A stretch of DNA of 64,000 bases from an uncultured Gammaproteobacteria bacterium (GTDB taxonomy: Bacteria; Patescibacteriota; Microgenomatia; Levybacterales; UBA12049). The notes under the pieces were generated by a model. The model ran no database searches and had not been told where the DNA came from. It was given only the letters and a program-made list of their open reading frames with translations. The stretch lies in the NCBI GenBank assembly GCA_964564035.1, contig CAZLZN010000001.1, positions 14,845 through 78,844 of the forward strand. The letters run 5' to 3'. The translations under genes were made by a program, and so were the position numbers. Positions 36,754 to 46,285 of the stretch are shown in pieces (within the stretch, counting starts at the first letter, position 1; every line of letters begins with the position of its first letter).

Positions 36754-38640
36754 ATGAAAGATATATTACTCAAGGAATTAAACCCCATGCAAAAAGAAGC
36801 AGTTACCCACACTGATGGCCCGACCATTATCCTGGCAGGTGCGGGAAGCGGCAAGACACGAGTTCTTACCTATAAAATCGCGTATTTACTCCTCGAAAAA
36901 AATATCCCCGCGGAATCAATTCTCGCAGTCACATTCACCAATAAAGCCGCGAACGAAATGAAAGAACGAATAAAAAAAACTATTCATTCATTTCCTGAAT
37001 ACAAAAAATATATTGGCAACCCGTGGATTTCGACTTTTCATTCGCTCTGCGCCAAAATACTGCGCCTGAACGGTCAATACATCGGATACTCTCCTAAATT
37101 CGCGATATACGACAGCCACGATCAGCTGGAAGTTGTAAAAACCGCCATGAATAAATTATTCATTTCTGTCAGAGACTTCAAACCTGCCTCCATTCATGCA
37201 GTTATTTCTCAAATAAAAAATGAACTTATCACGCCTGAAGAATATCCTTCTTTTGCTAGGGGCTATTTCCAGGAAGCTGTCGCCAAAATATATCCTCTAT
37301 ACCAGAAAATTCTGAAAGAAAGCGACGCACTCGATTTTGACGACTTGATCATGCAAACCATAAAGCTCTTCAAAGAAAACGAAGCTGTCTTAAACAAATA
37401 TCAAACTATGTTTCAATATATTCTGATCGACGAATACCAGGACACAAACAGAGCGCAGTACTTGCTGACTCGTCTTTTAAGCGCCAAATATCAAAATATA
37501 TGCGTTGTCGGTGATTTTAGCCAAAGCATATACAGTTGGCGAGGCGCTGATTACCGCAATCTGATCAAATTCAAAGATGATTTTAAAAATACCCGCACTT
37601 TCACACTTGAACAAAATTATAGATCCACCCAAACAATACTTGATTGTGCCTCGGCTGTCGTTTCCAAAAATACATCTCACCCCGTTCTCAAGCTTTGGAC
37701 CGAGAATCCCGGAGGAGAAGAAATTGAAATTTATGAAGCCGACAACGAAGAAGATGAAGCGCTTTTTATAATACGCAAAATAATTGAATTAAACATCAAA
37801 AATCTGCACGAAGTCGCTGTTCTTTACCGCACAAATGCTCAGTCACGCGTCTTGGAAGAAGCACTTCTGCATCATTCCGTTCCCTACGTACTAGTAGGCG
37901 GTACGCGCTTTTATGAACGCCGTGAAATCAAAGATATACTTGCCTATCTCCGCCTTATAGAAAATCCCAAAGACGTGATATCATACCGCCGCGCGGAAAA
38001 ACTCGGCAAAGGAAGGCTCGCTAAATTCCTGGAATTTCAATCAGCCGTCACACCTCAGTTAATAAATGCTCAGGGCGCGAACGAAATCCAAAAACAACAG
38101 GAAAAACCGAAAACAATCGATATCCTGGATGGCGTACTTAGAGCTACAAAATATTTGGATCTTTACGACGAAAAAATAGAAGAAGACAGGATGCGCCTCG
38201 AAAATATCAAAGAGCTCAGATCTGTCGCGATCAGGTTTCCGGATCTTACTGATTTTCTGGAAAACGTCGCTCTTGTCGAGCAGGAATATTCTTCAAATCG
38301 GACAAAATCGGATCAGGACCCCAAATCGGACTATGACAAAAAAAACGCTATTACACTGATGACTCTTCACGCCGCCAAAGGACTCGAGTTTCCATATGTA
38401 TTCATGATCGGTATGGAAGAAGGATTGTTTCCGCACAGCAGAAGCATCAATGACCGCCTGGAGATGGAAGAGGAAAGAAGACTCTGCTATGTCGGTATGA
38501 CCCGGGCCAAGGATAAGCTTTTTCTGACACATGCCAGACGGAGATTATTTTTCGGAAGCAGAACCATGAACACCATCTCCCGATTCATCTTCGACCTCCC
38601 GGAAGATCTAATAATCAAAAAAGAAGCCTTTGACTTCTAA
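36754..38640 (+). CDS. pcrA: UvrD/PcrA-type ATP-dependent DNA helicase.
   Basis: Walker A AGAGSGKT plus helicase motifs. The C-terminus ...RFIFDLPEDLIIKKEAFDF is duplicated downstream. Alternative start at 36712. Confidence 0.9.
   Translation: MKDILLKELNPMQKEAVTHTDGPTIILAGAGSGKTRVLTYKIAYLLLEKNIPAESILAVTFTNKAANEMKERIKKTIHSFPEYKKYIGNPWISTFHSLCAKILRLNGQYIGYSPKFAIYDSHDQLEVVKTAMNKLFISVRDFKPASIHAVISQIKNELITPEEYPSFARGYFQEAVAKIYPLYQKILKESDALDFDDLIMQTIKLFKENEAVLNKYQTMFQYILIDEYQDTNRAQYLLTRLLSAKYQNICVVGDFSQSIYSWRGADYRNLIKFKDDFKNTRTFTLEQNYRSTQTILDCASAVVSKNTSHPVLKLWTENPGGEEIEIYEADNEEDEALFIIRKIIELNIKNLHEVAVLYRTNAQSRVLEEALLHHSVPYVLVGGTRFYERREIKDILAYLRLIENPKDVISYRRAEKLGKGRLAKFLEFQSAVTPQLINAQGANEIQKQQEKPKTIDILDGVLRATKYLDLYDEKIEEDRMRLENIKELRSVAIRFPDLTDFLENVALVEQEYSSNRTKSDQDPKSDYDKKNAITLMTLHAAKGLEFPYVFMIGMEEGLFPHSRSINDRLEMEEERRLCYVGMTRAKDKLFLTHARRRLFFGSRTMNTISRFIFDLPEDLIIKKEAFDF
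38570..38640 (+). repeat. Direct repeat copy 1 (intact 3' end of uvrD/pcrA, about 70 bp).
   Basis: acaccatctcccgattcatcttcgacctcccggaagatctaataatcaaaaaagaagcctttgacttctaa. It is near-identical to 40509-40580, which carries a 2-nt CG insertion and a TAG in place of the TAA. Confidence 0.85.
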
Positions 38641-40433
38641 ATCTTCTCAAATATCACTAACTCTACGCCTCCAAGCGGATTATTAATAAAGGTACTTTTT
38701 AATTTGATATTCCTCAATTCGTCTTGAGAATATTTGCCTACAGCAAGCCCTTCAATTAAGCCTTGACTTTTATCTGTAACACTTACCGCAACAGCATCGT
38801 TTTTTTTAATTGCCGCAACCAAGTCGCTATCTTCATTTAGCCTAAATGCTGTTACCCTTTTCCTATATCCGGTAAGATAATTTATAAATCCGTCCTCCAA
38901 TGAATCCGATATGCCGATAGACTTATTGTCAGTACTGCTTAAATACTTTCCCGCAGAAATAGTTTTGCCGTGATTAAACTTATAGTTATACAAGTAAAAA
39001 TTCGGCTGAATATCTCTCTGATTAAAATACAAATGCCAATTCCAGAAACAAACCACTATAACAGGTATCACCAGAAGAGTAACCATTTCGGTTTTTAGTT
39101 TCATCTCCCATCTGCAATACGCCCAATGCATTGCGGCTGTTGCAGCAAATAGTATCAAAAGAATGAACCCGGACACCCTTAGCGCATTAGGATGACCTAA
39201 TCCATAATAATGGAAATCCGGAATTACCTCCGAGGAGAATATGTCGCTAACAATCGGCGGAATAAAAAGTATCGCCATTAGCAAAAATATTTTGCGCTTA
39301 TAAAAAAAGAGATAAATAAAACCGAAAATCGCAGTTATCATAGTAATGATATCAAAAACAGGAGCCGCGGCGGGATTCTTTCCTGGATTGGGGTCTCCGC
39401 TCGCGGGAGGAGCATCGGGATCAGGGTTAGGTAACTGAAAAAAAGTATACACAACAGTCCTGCTGAAATTTCCCCAAATTTCCTTTCTAAATTCCTCTGC
39501 TGTATAATTTCGGTTAAAAATCGAGATCTCGTTTGTTCTGCCCCAGAATCCGGCCGGATCCAAAATCCAGCTTGTTATCAAAGGCATTATTGATATCAAA
39601 AATACCGTAACAAAAAAAACAGCGCTTCTGATAAATTTCTCTCGATTTGAATAAAAAATGAATAACATAGTAAATAAAAAAATTACAACGGCAAAAGGTC
39701 TGAAATTCAAATAGGTATATAATCCTCCTCCCAAAGACAACGCAATTCCAGCCAAATTATAAATATTTTTATTCTTGATATATAAAAATATAAAGAGCAA
39801 GGTTAGAATCTGAAAAAATAGAGATGGAATAGGCTCATAAGCTAATCTTGACAGAACTATATGCGTATATTGGAATATCATCATGCTTGCTCCGAGCACT
39901 GCGATTACGGGATTAAAAAATAGCCTTAAAAATATATAGAATACGGCAACCGAAAATGCACCGAACAATATGCTGGGAAACCTTATTGCTGTTAAAGTAT
40001 TACCAATAATATTGATGCTATGAGCTGTCATATACATAAGCGGTGTCGGATGAAAATAATAATGAGGATATGTACCGTCATAAGGTATCCACTCCGGATA
40101 TTTCAATAAATCCAGGCTGAATACTGCTACAGTCAACTCATCCCCATACATCCCGGGCGTAATTTCTTCAACCTGAAACATCCTGATCATAAAAGCAAGT
40201 GTAAATAATAAAAATATTATTAATAACTCTTTATATTTTGACTTTATAATCCTGAGTAAATGCAGTTTTTGAAATATCATTAACCACAGCAAGGCTACAG
40301 TAGTAATATGCAGGGACATAATAAGAGGCGGGTATTTTCTAAATGTGACAAAATACGCAAAAATTATTAAATTTATGGAAATAAATGCAATTATAATATT
40401 CTGCAGTCTGATAAATTTTTCTAAAAAAAACAT
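38637..40433 (-). CDS. GT-C fold membrane glycosyltransferase (PMT/ArnT-like), located between the 70-bp direct repeats.
   Basis: 598 aa, polytopic; GMYGDELTVAV... (DE motif region). The stop codon overlaps the uvrD stop. Confidence 0.6.
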   Translation of the reverse strand: MFFLEKFIRLQNIIIAFISINLIIFAYFVTFRKYPPLIMSLHITTVALLWLMIFQKLHLLRIIKSKYKELLIIFLLFTLAFMIRMFQVEEITPGMYGDELTVAVFSLDLLKYPEWIPYDGTYPHYYFHPTPLMYMTAHSINIIGNTLTAIRFPSILFGAFSVAVFYIFLRLFFNPVIAVLGASMMIFQYTHIVLSRLAYEPIPSLFFQILTLLFIFLYIKNKNIYNLAGIALSLGGGLYTYLNFRPFAVVIFLFTMLFIFYSNREKFIRSAVFFVTVFLISIMPLITSWILDPAGFWGRTNEISIFNRNYTAEEFRKEIWGNFSRTVVYTFFQLPNPDPDAPPASGDPNPGKNPAAAPVFDIITMITAIFGFIYLFFYKRKIFLLMAILFIPPIVSDIFSSEVIPDFHYYGLGHPNALRVSGFILLILFAATAAMHWAYCRWEMKLKTEMVTLLVIPVIVVCFWNWHLYFNQRDIQPNFYLYNYKFNHGKTISAGKYLSSTDNKSIGISDSLEDGFINYLTGYRKRVTAFRLNEDSDLVAAIKKNDAVAVSVTDKSQGLIEGLAVGKYSQDELRNIKLKSTFINNPLGGVELVIFEKI

Positions 40434-40508
40434 ATCTCCAAAATACTTACCAATTTATCATTTCATAATTAGACATGCAGTTCAATATCATAAAAAGAAT
40501 CTACATAT

Positions 40509-40580
40509 ACACCATCTCCCGATTCATCTTCGACCTCCCGCGGAAGATCTAATAATCAAAAAAGAAGCCTTTGACTTCTA
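40509..40580 (+). repeat. Direct repeat copy 2 (degenerate duplicate of the uvrD 3' end).
   Basis: See 38570-38640. The frame is broken by the CG insertion. It is followed by a GC-richer non-coding relic (40582-40640) that reads HPEPYTDLDQIARSFHYEP* in the same frame. Confidence 0.85.
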
Positions 40581-40811
40581 GCATCCTGAGCCCTACACCG
40601 ACCTCGACCAAATCGCCCGGTCCTTCCACTACGAACCATAATTCAACACCTCAATCCCCCATCTCGCAAACTTGCGCTATTCAGGCTATAATAATCATCA
40701 GTGATAAATGTATATACCAATTAACAGAGACCTAACTTTGCAAAAAAACACGATACATTTCACACCTGAATCAATAATGCTAATAATTAAAACTTGAAAT
40801 AAAATCAAAAT

Positions 40812-41948
40812 ATGGAAATACGCGAAATTGCTGAGAAAGAAAAAATTGAATTTAACAGAGTCGTCACTCACCCTCTCCAATCCTACGAATGGGGCGAGTT
40901 TCGGCAGGCAACAGGTATCAAAGTAATACGCCGCGGCTTTTATAAAAATAATAAACTTATCAAAGCTTTTACTCTCACAATTCACAAAATCCCCCATACT
41001 CCGTCTACAATCGGCTATTTCCCCAAAGGCGATTTACCCGATACGGATGTAATTCACGAATTAATTAAGATAGGAAAAACGGAAAAATGCATCTTCATCC
41101 AACTCGAACCAAATATCATTAAAAAAAACGTGTCAAAAACTAATATTGTAAATTATGAAAATGAAAATTTAAATTTCATTGAAAATTGTAAATTGAAAAT
41201 TGAAAATTTAACAATTACACCTGCTGCCCATCCCCTCTTTACCAAATATACTTTTGTTCTGGATCTTACAAAAACAGAAGAAGAACTCCTCAAAAATATG
41301 CATTCCAAGGCGCGCTACAACATCAAAGTTGCCAAAAAACACGGCGTCGAGGTTACTGAGAATAACTCAGATAAAGCATTTGAAAACTACCTGAAGCTAA
41401 TGAGTGAAACAACCGCACGCCAAAAATTTTACGCACATACCGAAAATTATCACCGAGTTTTATGGAAAACTTTAAAATGTCATCCCGAATTTATTTCGGG
41501 ATCTTCTAATGACAAGATGCTGAAACAAGTTCAGCATGACAAAACTGGCAAGGAAACCAATAAATTAACAACCCATCTTCTCACTGCCAAATATCAAGAC
41601 AAGATATTAACCGCCTGGATGCTATTTGTTTTTAAAGATTCGCTATATTATCCATATGGCGCCTCAAGCAGTGAAAACCGTGAAGTAATGTCAAGCAGTC
41701 TGATGATGTGGGAAGCAATCAGATTCGGCAAAAAATTAGGACTTAAAAAATTCGACATGTGGGGCGCGCTCGGCCCTGATCCCGACCCCAAAGATCCCTG
41801 GTTTGGCTTTCACAATTTTAAACAAAAATACAGCCCGGACCATGTCGAATTTATCGGAAGCTATGATCTGATCATAAATCCGGCTTTATATCAACTTTAC
41901 AAATTAACCGATAAACTGAGATGGATATATCTAAAATTTAGAAAATAA
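40812..41948 (+). CDS. FemAB-family peptidoglycan aminoacyltransferase (Lipid II / tRNA-dependent cross-bridge formation), by inference.
   Basis: HPLQSYEWGEF..., KARYNIKVAKKHGV and a C-terminal coiled region typical of FemAB/FemX. It carries an in-frame AT-rich heptamer insertion at 41179-41206. Confidence 0.6.
   Translation: MEIREIAEKEKIEFNRVVTHPLQSYEWGEFRQATGIKVIRRGFYKNNKLIKAFTLTIHKIPHTPSTIGYFPKGDLPDTDVIHELIKIGKTEKCIFIQLEPNIIKKNVSKTNIVNYENENLNFIENCKLKIENLTITPAAHPLFTKYTFVLDLTKTEEELLKNMHSKARYNIKVAKKHGVEVTENNSDKAFENYLKLMSETTARQKFYAHTENYHRVLWKTLKCHPEFISGSSNDKMLKQVQHDKTGKETNKLTTHLLTAKYQDKILTAWMLFVFKDSLYYPYGASSSENREVMSSSLMMWEAIRFGKKLGLKKFDMWGALGPDPDPKDPWFGFHNFKQKYSPDHVEFIGSYDLIINPALYQLYKLTDKLRWIYLKFRK
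41179..41206. repeat. Intragenic heptamer tandem array (ATTGAAA ATTGTAA ATTGAAA ATTGAAA) inside the FemAB-like gene; it encodes ...IENCKLKIENL....
   Basis: Read directly. This is the same unit as the intergenic arrays at 2942 and 12440. Confidence 0.75.
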
Positions 41949-42037
41949 ATAATTTTTTATTTATATATATTTTTTGCCTGCCCCGTAGACTCGCTCCTCC
42001 GAGGCATGGACGCAGGCCTTGCGAGGAGGTAAGAGCT

Positions 42038-42610
42038 CTATGGGGAATTTTTATTTATAGTTTTGATCTTTGCACTTTGATCTTTGATCTTTTCTGGTAC
42101 TTCGTACATATAAAACTCGTTCTTCAAATCCTGCTTCACAATCGGCAGATCAATTTTATATACAAAAGTCACAATCTTCGTACCCGGTTTCAGCTCTTTA
42201 AGAAGTTTCGGCTTCAACTTCGCAAGAGTTTTAGGAATAAGATACATAAATACAACTGTCGCATCTCCGATCTCCGACTGGAAAAAATTCTGCCTTTTGA
42301 TCTTTACCTTGTATCCAACGTTATTAATAAATACCATCAATTTTGAAATAAAGTACCTCAGAGGATCAATTTCAATTCCCACCGCTCGCGCGCCGAATTT
42401 CTTCGCAGCCGTAATCAATAGAGTGGAATCCCCGGATCCCAGATCATATATGACATCTTTTTTGGAGATATTTACAAACTTACAAATCAACCGGCTTCGA
42501 GCCCCATTGGTTCTCCACCAGGGAGACCATGGGCTATCAGGCGGCCATACCATTGAGAGCAGGAACAGAAGCAGAGTGACTGTAACTAATATCAGAACCG
42601 ACTCGACCAT
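42038..42610 (-). CDS. Class I SAM-dependent methyltransferase with an N-terminal TM anchor.
   Basis: VIYDLGSGDSTLLI (motif I) and the context AVGIEIDP; it overlaps sodX by 19 nt. Confidence 0.6.
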   Translation of the reverse strand: MVESVLILVTVTLLLFLLSMVWPPDSPWSPWWRTNGARSRLICKFVNISKKDVIYDLGSGDSTLLITAAKKFGARAVGIEIDPLRYFISKLMVFINNVGYKVKIKRQNFFQSEIGDATVVFMYLIPKTLAKLKPKLLKELKPGTKIVTFVYKIDLPIVKQDLKNEFYMYEVPEKIKDQSAKIKTINKNSP

Positions 42611-43014
42611 ATTACTTTTCCTATTATACTCCCTCTGTCGAGATAACCAAAGTACCTGCTGTCGGTACTCATATTTTTATTATCCCCCTCAACAAAATAT
42701 TTACTGCTTTCAATTCCGGTAATTCTTTTAATAAGCACCCTCCCGCCCCTCGGATCTCTAACTGCAACTATATCGCCCTGCTCAGGCTTATCAAAAATAT
42801 ATACTATTCTGCTCACTATAAGCAGATCGCCTTGATTAATAATAGGCTTCATGCTATTGCCATGGATTTTGAAAAATAAAATTGGTGAAAATTTATTAAA
42901 TAACTGAATTAAAGAAGAATATATTTTGAATTTTGAGCTGTAGTTTTGACTGTTGACTTTTGAATTTTTACTTTCTTTATTACTTCGCGGCTTTCGTTGC
43001 TTTAAAAATTTCAT
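42592..43014 (-). CDS. sodX: S26-family signal-peptidase-like protease; predicted NiSOD maturation peptidase SodX.
   Basis: GNSMKP (catalytic Ser) and GDNKNMSTDSRYFG (S26 box E-like). It lies immediately downstream of, and overlapping, sodN. Confidence 0.7.
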   Translation of the reverse strand: MKFLKQRKPRSNKESKNSKVNSQNYSSKFKIYSSLIQLFNKFSPILFFKIHGNSMKPIINQGDLLIVSRIVYIFDKPEQGDIVAVRDPRGGRVLIKRITGIESSKYFVEGDNKNMSTDSRYFGYLDRGSIIGKVIWSSRF

Positions 43015-43393
43015 CGATCTCCTGAATTAATTTCAATAATTCCTCTGCATCCGCCGGGTTTGTTGATTTCTTAGTTTGTCCTGCCGCTTTTGTCGCCTTC
43101 CAAAAAAGATCATGCAGATTTGGATATTTCTCTAAATGCTCAGCCTTGAAATAATCGGTCCACAAAACCCACAAATGATGTTTACAAAGCTCTGCCCGTT
43201 CTTCTTTGATAATAATTGCCCGAGTCTTGAAATGCACATCATCGGATTCATTATATTTTTTTATCGTGTTAAGAATACTTTGTGCTTCAATTCGAGCCTG
43301 GACCGGATCATAAACCCCGCATGGGAGATCGCAGTGTGCATAAGCTGCTTGGACAGGGAGTAGCTGAAATAATTTCTTGATCAAAACTTTCAT
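42980..43393 (-). CDS. sodN: Nickel-containing superoxide dismutase precursor (NiSOD).
   Basis: Leader MKVLIKKLFQLLPVQAAYA, followed by the Ni-hook HCDLPCGVYDP that defines mature NiSOD. The ATG at 43393 is preferred over the longer TTG-containing ORF, and gives a precursor of about 137 aa. Confidence 0.85.
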   Translation of the reverse strand: MKVLIKKLFQLLPVQAAYAHCDLPCGVYDPVQARIEAQSILNTIKKYNESDDVHFKTRAIIIKEERAELCKHHLWVLWTDYFKAEHLEKYPNLHDLFWKATKAAGQTKKSTNPADAEELLKLIQEIDEIFKATKAAK

Positions 43394-43508
43394 CTCATTA
43401 ATGATAGTATCCGTACGCAAAAAAATCAAGATAGGAATCAGTAAGAAAAGCCTTCTTCTTACAGCAATATTACTAAATATCCTAAAACCGTCGGGTATAA
43501 TTAACGTT

Positions 43509-43901
43509 ATGGAAATGCATCTGAAGATAGCGTCAGTTATCGCCAATCTCCTGGACAACAGTTTTGAGATTTTCGGCAGACGCTTCGGGATAAACGGCCT
43601 GCTCGGATTACTGCCCGGCTTAGGAGACCTGATTCCCGCCCTGTTATCACTTTACCTGGTCTGGGTCGGAACCAAAATGAATCTCCCCAAAACCGAAATA
43701 GCCCGCATGCTTGGCAATATTGGATTTAATTTCTTCGTCGGCCTGATTCCGCTGGTCGGAGATTACATCGATTTTTTCAATCACGCTAATATGAAAAACC
43801 TGGCGATACTGCGCAAATATTCTCAAGATAAAATTATAGACGGGGAAATAATTGAGTCTGAGAATTTGACAAATAAATCAAATAATATTACTGTCAAATA
43901 G
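43509..43901 (+). CDS. Small membrane protein, DUF4112-like.
   Basis: FGINGLLGLLPGLGDLIPALLSLYLV pattern. The internal start at 43509 is preferred, because the ORF's 43377 start would overlap the sodN 5' end. Confidence 0.45.
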   Translation: MEMHLKIASVIANLLDNSFEIFGRRFGINGLLGLLPGLGDLIPALLSLYLVWVGTKMNLPKTEIARMLGNIGFNFFVGLIPLVGDYIDFFNHANMKNLAILRKYSQDKIIDGEIIESENLTNKSNNITVK

Positions 43902-44620
43902 TGAAGTATATCAACCAATTACTCCTCTTAATTATAGTCTCGCTGATCACTGCTATCTCTTACATAGGAATTTCCGGAACATGGTCATACATATTTACCG
44001 TACCGCTTATAATAATAGTTGGCTTTATTGTATTTTATCTTTATAAGCAATTCGAATCTGATGAAAAGGACAGAAAACAGAAGGCGCTCAAACTGGCAAT
44101 AGAAGACGAAGAAGCAGGAAAATGGATTAAAGACTCGTTTTTACCTCAAGCAATCGGCTTCGGCCTGCAAAACCGCAAAACACTTTTAATTTACTTTTTT
44201 ATCTTTATTATCAGCATTTACTTCTTATGGCATTTTATTTCATATGGGTTTGAAAATGCAATCTATAGCACGCTTACCGGCGCGGCTTTTTTATTACTGT
44301 TTATGATCTATGTCTTCATTATGTCATCAATAACCGCAAAAATGATCAAATTCATACCTGAAAATCTGCGCAAAATTGTCTCAAGTGACTGGATACGCGC
44401 GTATATTTATCTTCTTCCGGTTGCATTTATTGCTTACCTCTTTAATCCAACCGATACCTCTGCACCTGACTTTAATAACAAATTATTTTCAGTCCCGCTG
44501 TTTATTTTAATTTACACCTTTTTATTCCTCGGCATATACTCCATCTTTTACCTTTATTCAGAAATCAATAAGGACGCTGAAATCAAACCTAAAAACGAAT
44601 TTGAGGATATTCGGATTTAA
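43901..44620 (+). CDS. Hypothetical integral membrane protein.
   Basis: 239 aa, about 6 TM. Confidence 0.5.
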   Translation: MKYINQLLLLIIVSLITAISYIGISGTWSYIFTVPLIIIVGFIVFYLYKQFESDEKDRKQKALKLAIEDEEAGKWIKDSFLPQAIGFGLQNRKTLLIYFFIFIISIYFLWHFISYGFENAIYSTLTGAAFLLLFMIYVFIMSSITAKMIKFIPENLRKIVSSDWIRAYIYLLPVAFIAYLFNPTDTSAPDFNNKLFSVPLFILIYTFLFLGIYSIFYLYSEINKDAEIKPKNEFEDIRI

Positions 44621-45303
44621 TCTTTTTTATAAGCCGCGAGGTTATTAGCAAGTGCGTCAGCTCTTTCATTATTCAAATCTCCCGAGTGCCCCAGAACTTT
44701 TTCATACCGTACATGCAAATTATTTTTCGCTATCAAATCTTCTATTTTCTCAAAAATCTCCCGATTCATTTTCACCATATGCGAACGTTTTTTTAAGTTG
44801 TGTAGTGATATCTGGCTATCCGTAAAAATCTTAATTTTCCTGATATTCATCTCAGCCGATTTTTCAATTGCCTTAAGAATTGCAGTACCCTCAGCGACAT
44901 TATTGGTCTGCTTAGATCCTGTTATAAGACCCGAGCCTTCAATTACTTCCGGATTATTTGCGCGCCGGATCACATAAGCCCAGGCGGCGCGGGCGTTTGG
45001 TTGCCCGTTAAATACACAAGCTCCGTCCGTCCAAATCTCCGCATCAAAGCTATTGTCCTTCAATTCTCTTTCTCCTCCGAACAAATTATTATTCACAACC
45101 TTAAATTTATCATCATGATAAATTTTCCGGCATCCGGCACAGTAATAATAAGCCGTATAATAATAAGCCTTTTTTAGCTGTTCGGATTTCTTCTGCGTCT
45201 GACGGATTATTAATTTATCTCCGCAACTGCGGCAAATTTCAGTATTTGTCATTCTTTTTGTTATTTTATCATCTTGTCCTAAAAATTTCTTACTGCGCTG
45301 CAT
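44617..45303 (-). CDS. rnhA: Ribonuclease HI with an N-terminal zinc-ribbon (CxxC...CxxC) domain.
   Basis: WTDGAC, NNVAEGTAI, IFTDSQ and NERADALA motifs (the DEDD set of RNase HI). N-terminal CRSCGDK...CAGCRK. Confidence 0.8.
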   Translation of the reverse strand: MQRSKKFLGQDDKITKRMTNTEICRSCGDKLIIRQTQKKSEQLKKAYYYTAYYYCAGCRKIYHDDKFKVVNNNLFGGERELKDNSFDAEIWTDGACVFNGQPNARAAWAYVIRRANNPEVIEGSGLITGSKQTNNVAEGTAILKAIEKSAEMNIRKIKIFTDSQISLHNLKKRSHMVKMNREIFEKIEDLIAKNNLHVRYEKVLGHSGDLNNERADALANNLAAYKKD

Positions 45304-45447
45304 AACTGCTTAAAAGAGTCTGCTTTATATTTTTGTATTCCTGAACTAATTATTATATATAGAGCTTAGATAAAAGAACAGATAAACTTCTTCTGCGGAG
45401 TAAAGCCTAACCTTGGACGTTAAATGGGTTTACAAATAAACAAATTT

Positions 45448-46218
45448 TTAATATTTCGGCATCTCCACCTCAAGCCACGGAGCGTTTTCTTTTTTAATTC
45501 TGTCAAATATTTCTTGTGCTTTTGTGGGATCTTTTCCAAAAATTTGAACCGCCCTAAATACTTCTGAAACCCTATTCAAATTTGAAATATTTTGTTCTCT
45601 TAATACCTGTTGCCAATTCCCACTTTCATTTTTCGACAAATAACCAAGATCACCAATTATAAAGTTATAACTTCCATCCGGTTTAATTACCGCAAACCAT
45701 GCATCGGTAGGGATTAATAAATCAGCATTTGCGGCCTTCATAGCTAATTTTTGAATAATTTCTTTTTCCAGCTCCGAATCCATGGGTACAGCGTTTGCGA
45801 AATTATCCATTAGTTCCCGATTTTCGGCATAAATACTACTCATTGTTTTTCTGTCATATAACAAATCCGTTTCCGAAAATACTATATTTATCCCATTTTC
45901 TGACAAATCGCTTATAAGCAGATCCCTACCGTCTTCGGTAGATCTGAATGTTGTAGGAACAGGTAAGCCTGCCTTTTTAGCATTATTATAATTTTCTAAT
46001 TCATACCTATTCCCCAGTTGCTCTGACCGCCTGGCTCGATAAACAAAATTAAGCATCCGGCTCCGCTGATTTTTACTCCATCTAATAGTAGCGCCAAATA
46101 TTTCAGCCTCTGCACCTTCACCAATTTTATCTCTTAATTTAATTTCTAATTGTTTCCCTGATTTAGTGAATAATATGGGAGGATTTTTTATTTCTGACCT
46201 ATCTTCTAAAAGAGGCAT
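45448..46218 (-). CDS. Protein-kinase-like fold protein (atypical; RIO/Bud32/Kdo-kinase-like).
   Basis: Gly-rich loop IGEGAEAEIF, catalytic-loop-like LISDLSENGINIV, and the DFG-like IIGDLGY. Confidence 0.45.
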   Translation of the reverse strand: MPLLEDRSEIKNPPILFTKSGKQLEIKLRDKIGEGAEAEIFGATIRWSKNQRSRMLNFVYRARRSEQLGNRYELENYNNAKKAGLPVPTTFRSTEDGRDLLISDLSENGINIVFSETDLLYDRKTMSSIYAENRELMDNFANAVPMDSELEKEIIQKLAMKAANADLLIPTDAWFAVIKPDGSYNFIIGDLGYLSKNESGNWQQVLREQNISNLNRVSEVFRAVQIFGKDPTKAQEIFDRIKKENAPWLEVEMPKY

Positions 46219-46285
46219 ATGGATATATTATACCAACATTAAATTTTTATAAATATTTTTAACTGCTTGGCTGTTTTTCAAAGCA

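Noticed and set aside
42061-42095. TTTGATC-like repeats at the 3' end of the methyltransferase gene, as another intergenic heptamer array.
   Set aside because: Here they lie within the coding sequence and are imperfect (TTTGATC TTTGCAC TTTGATC TTTGATC). They are noted but not counted as a clean array.
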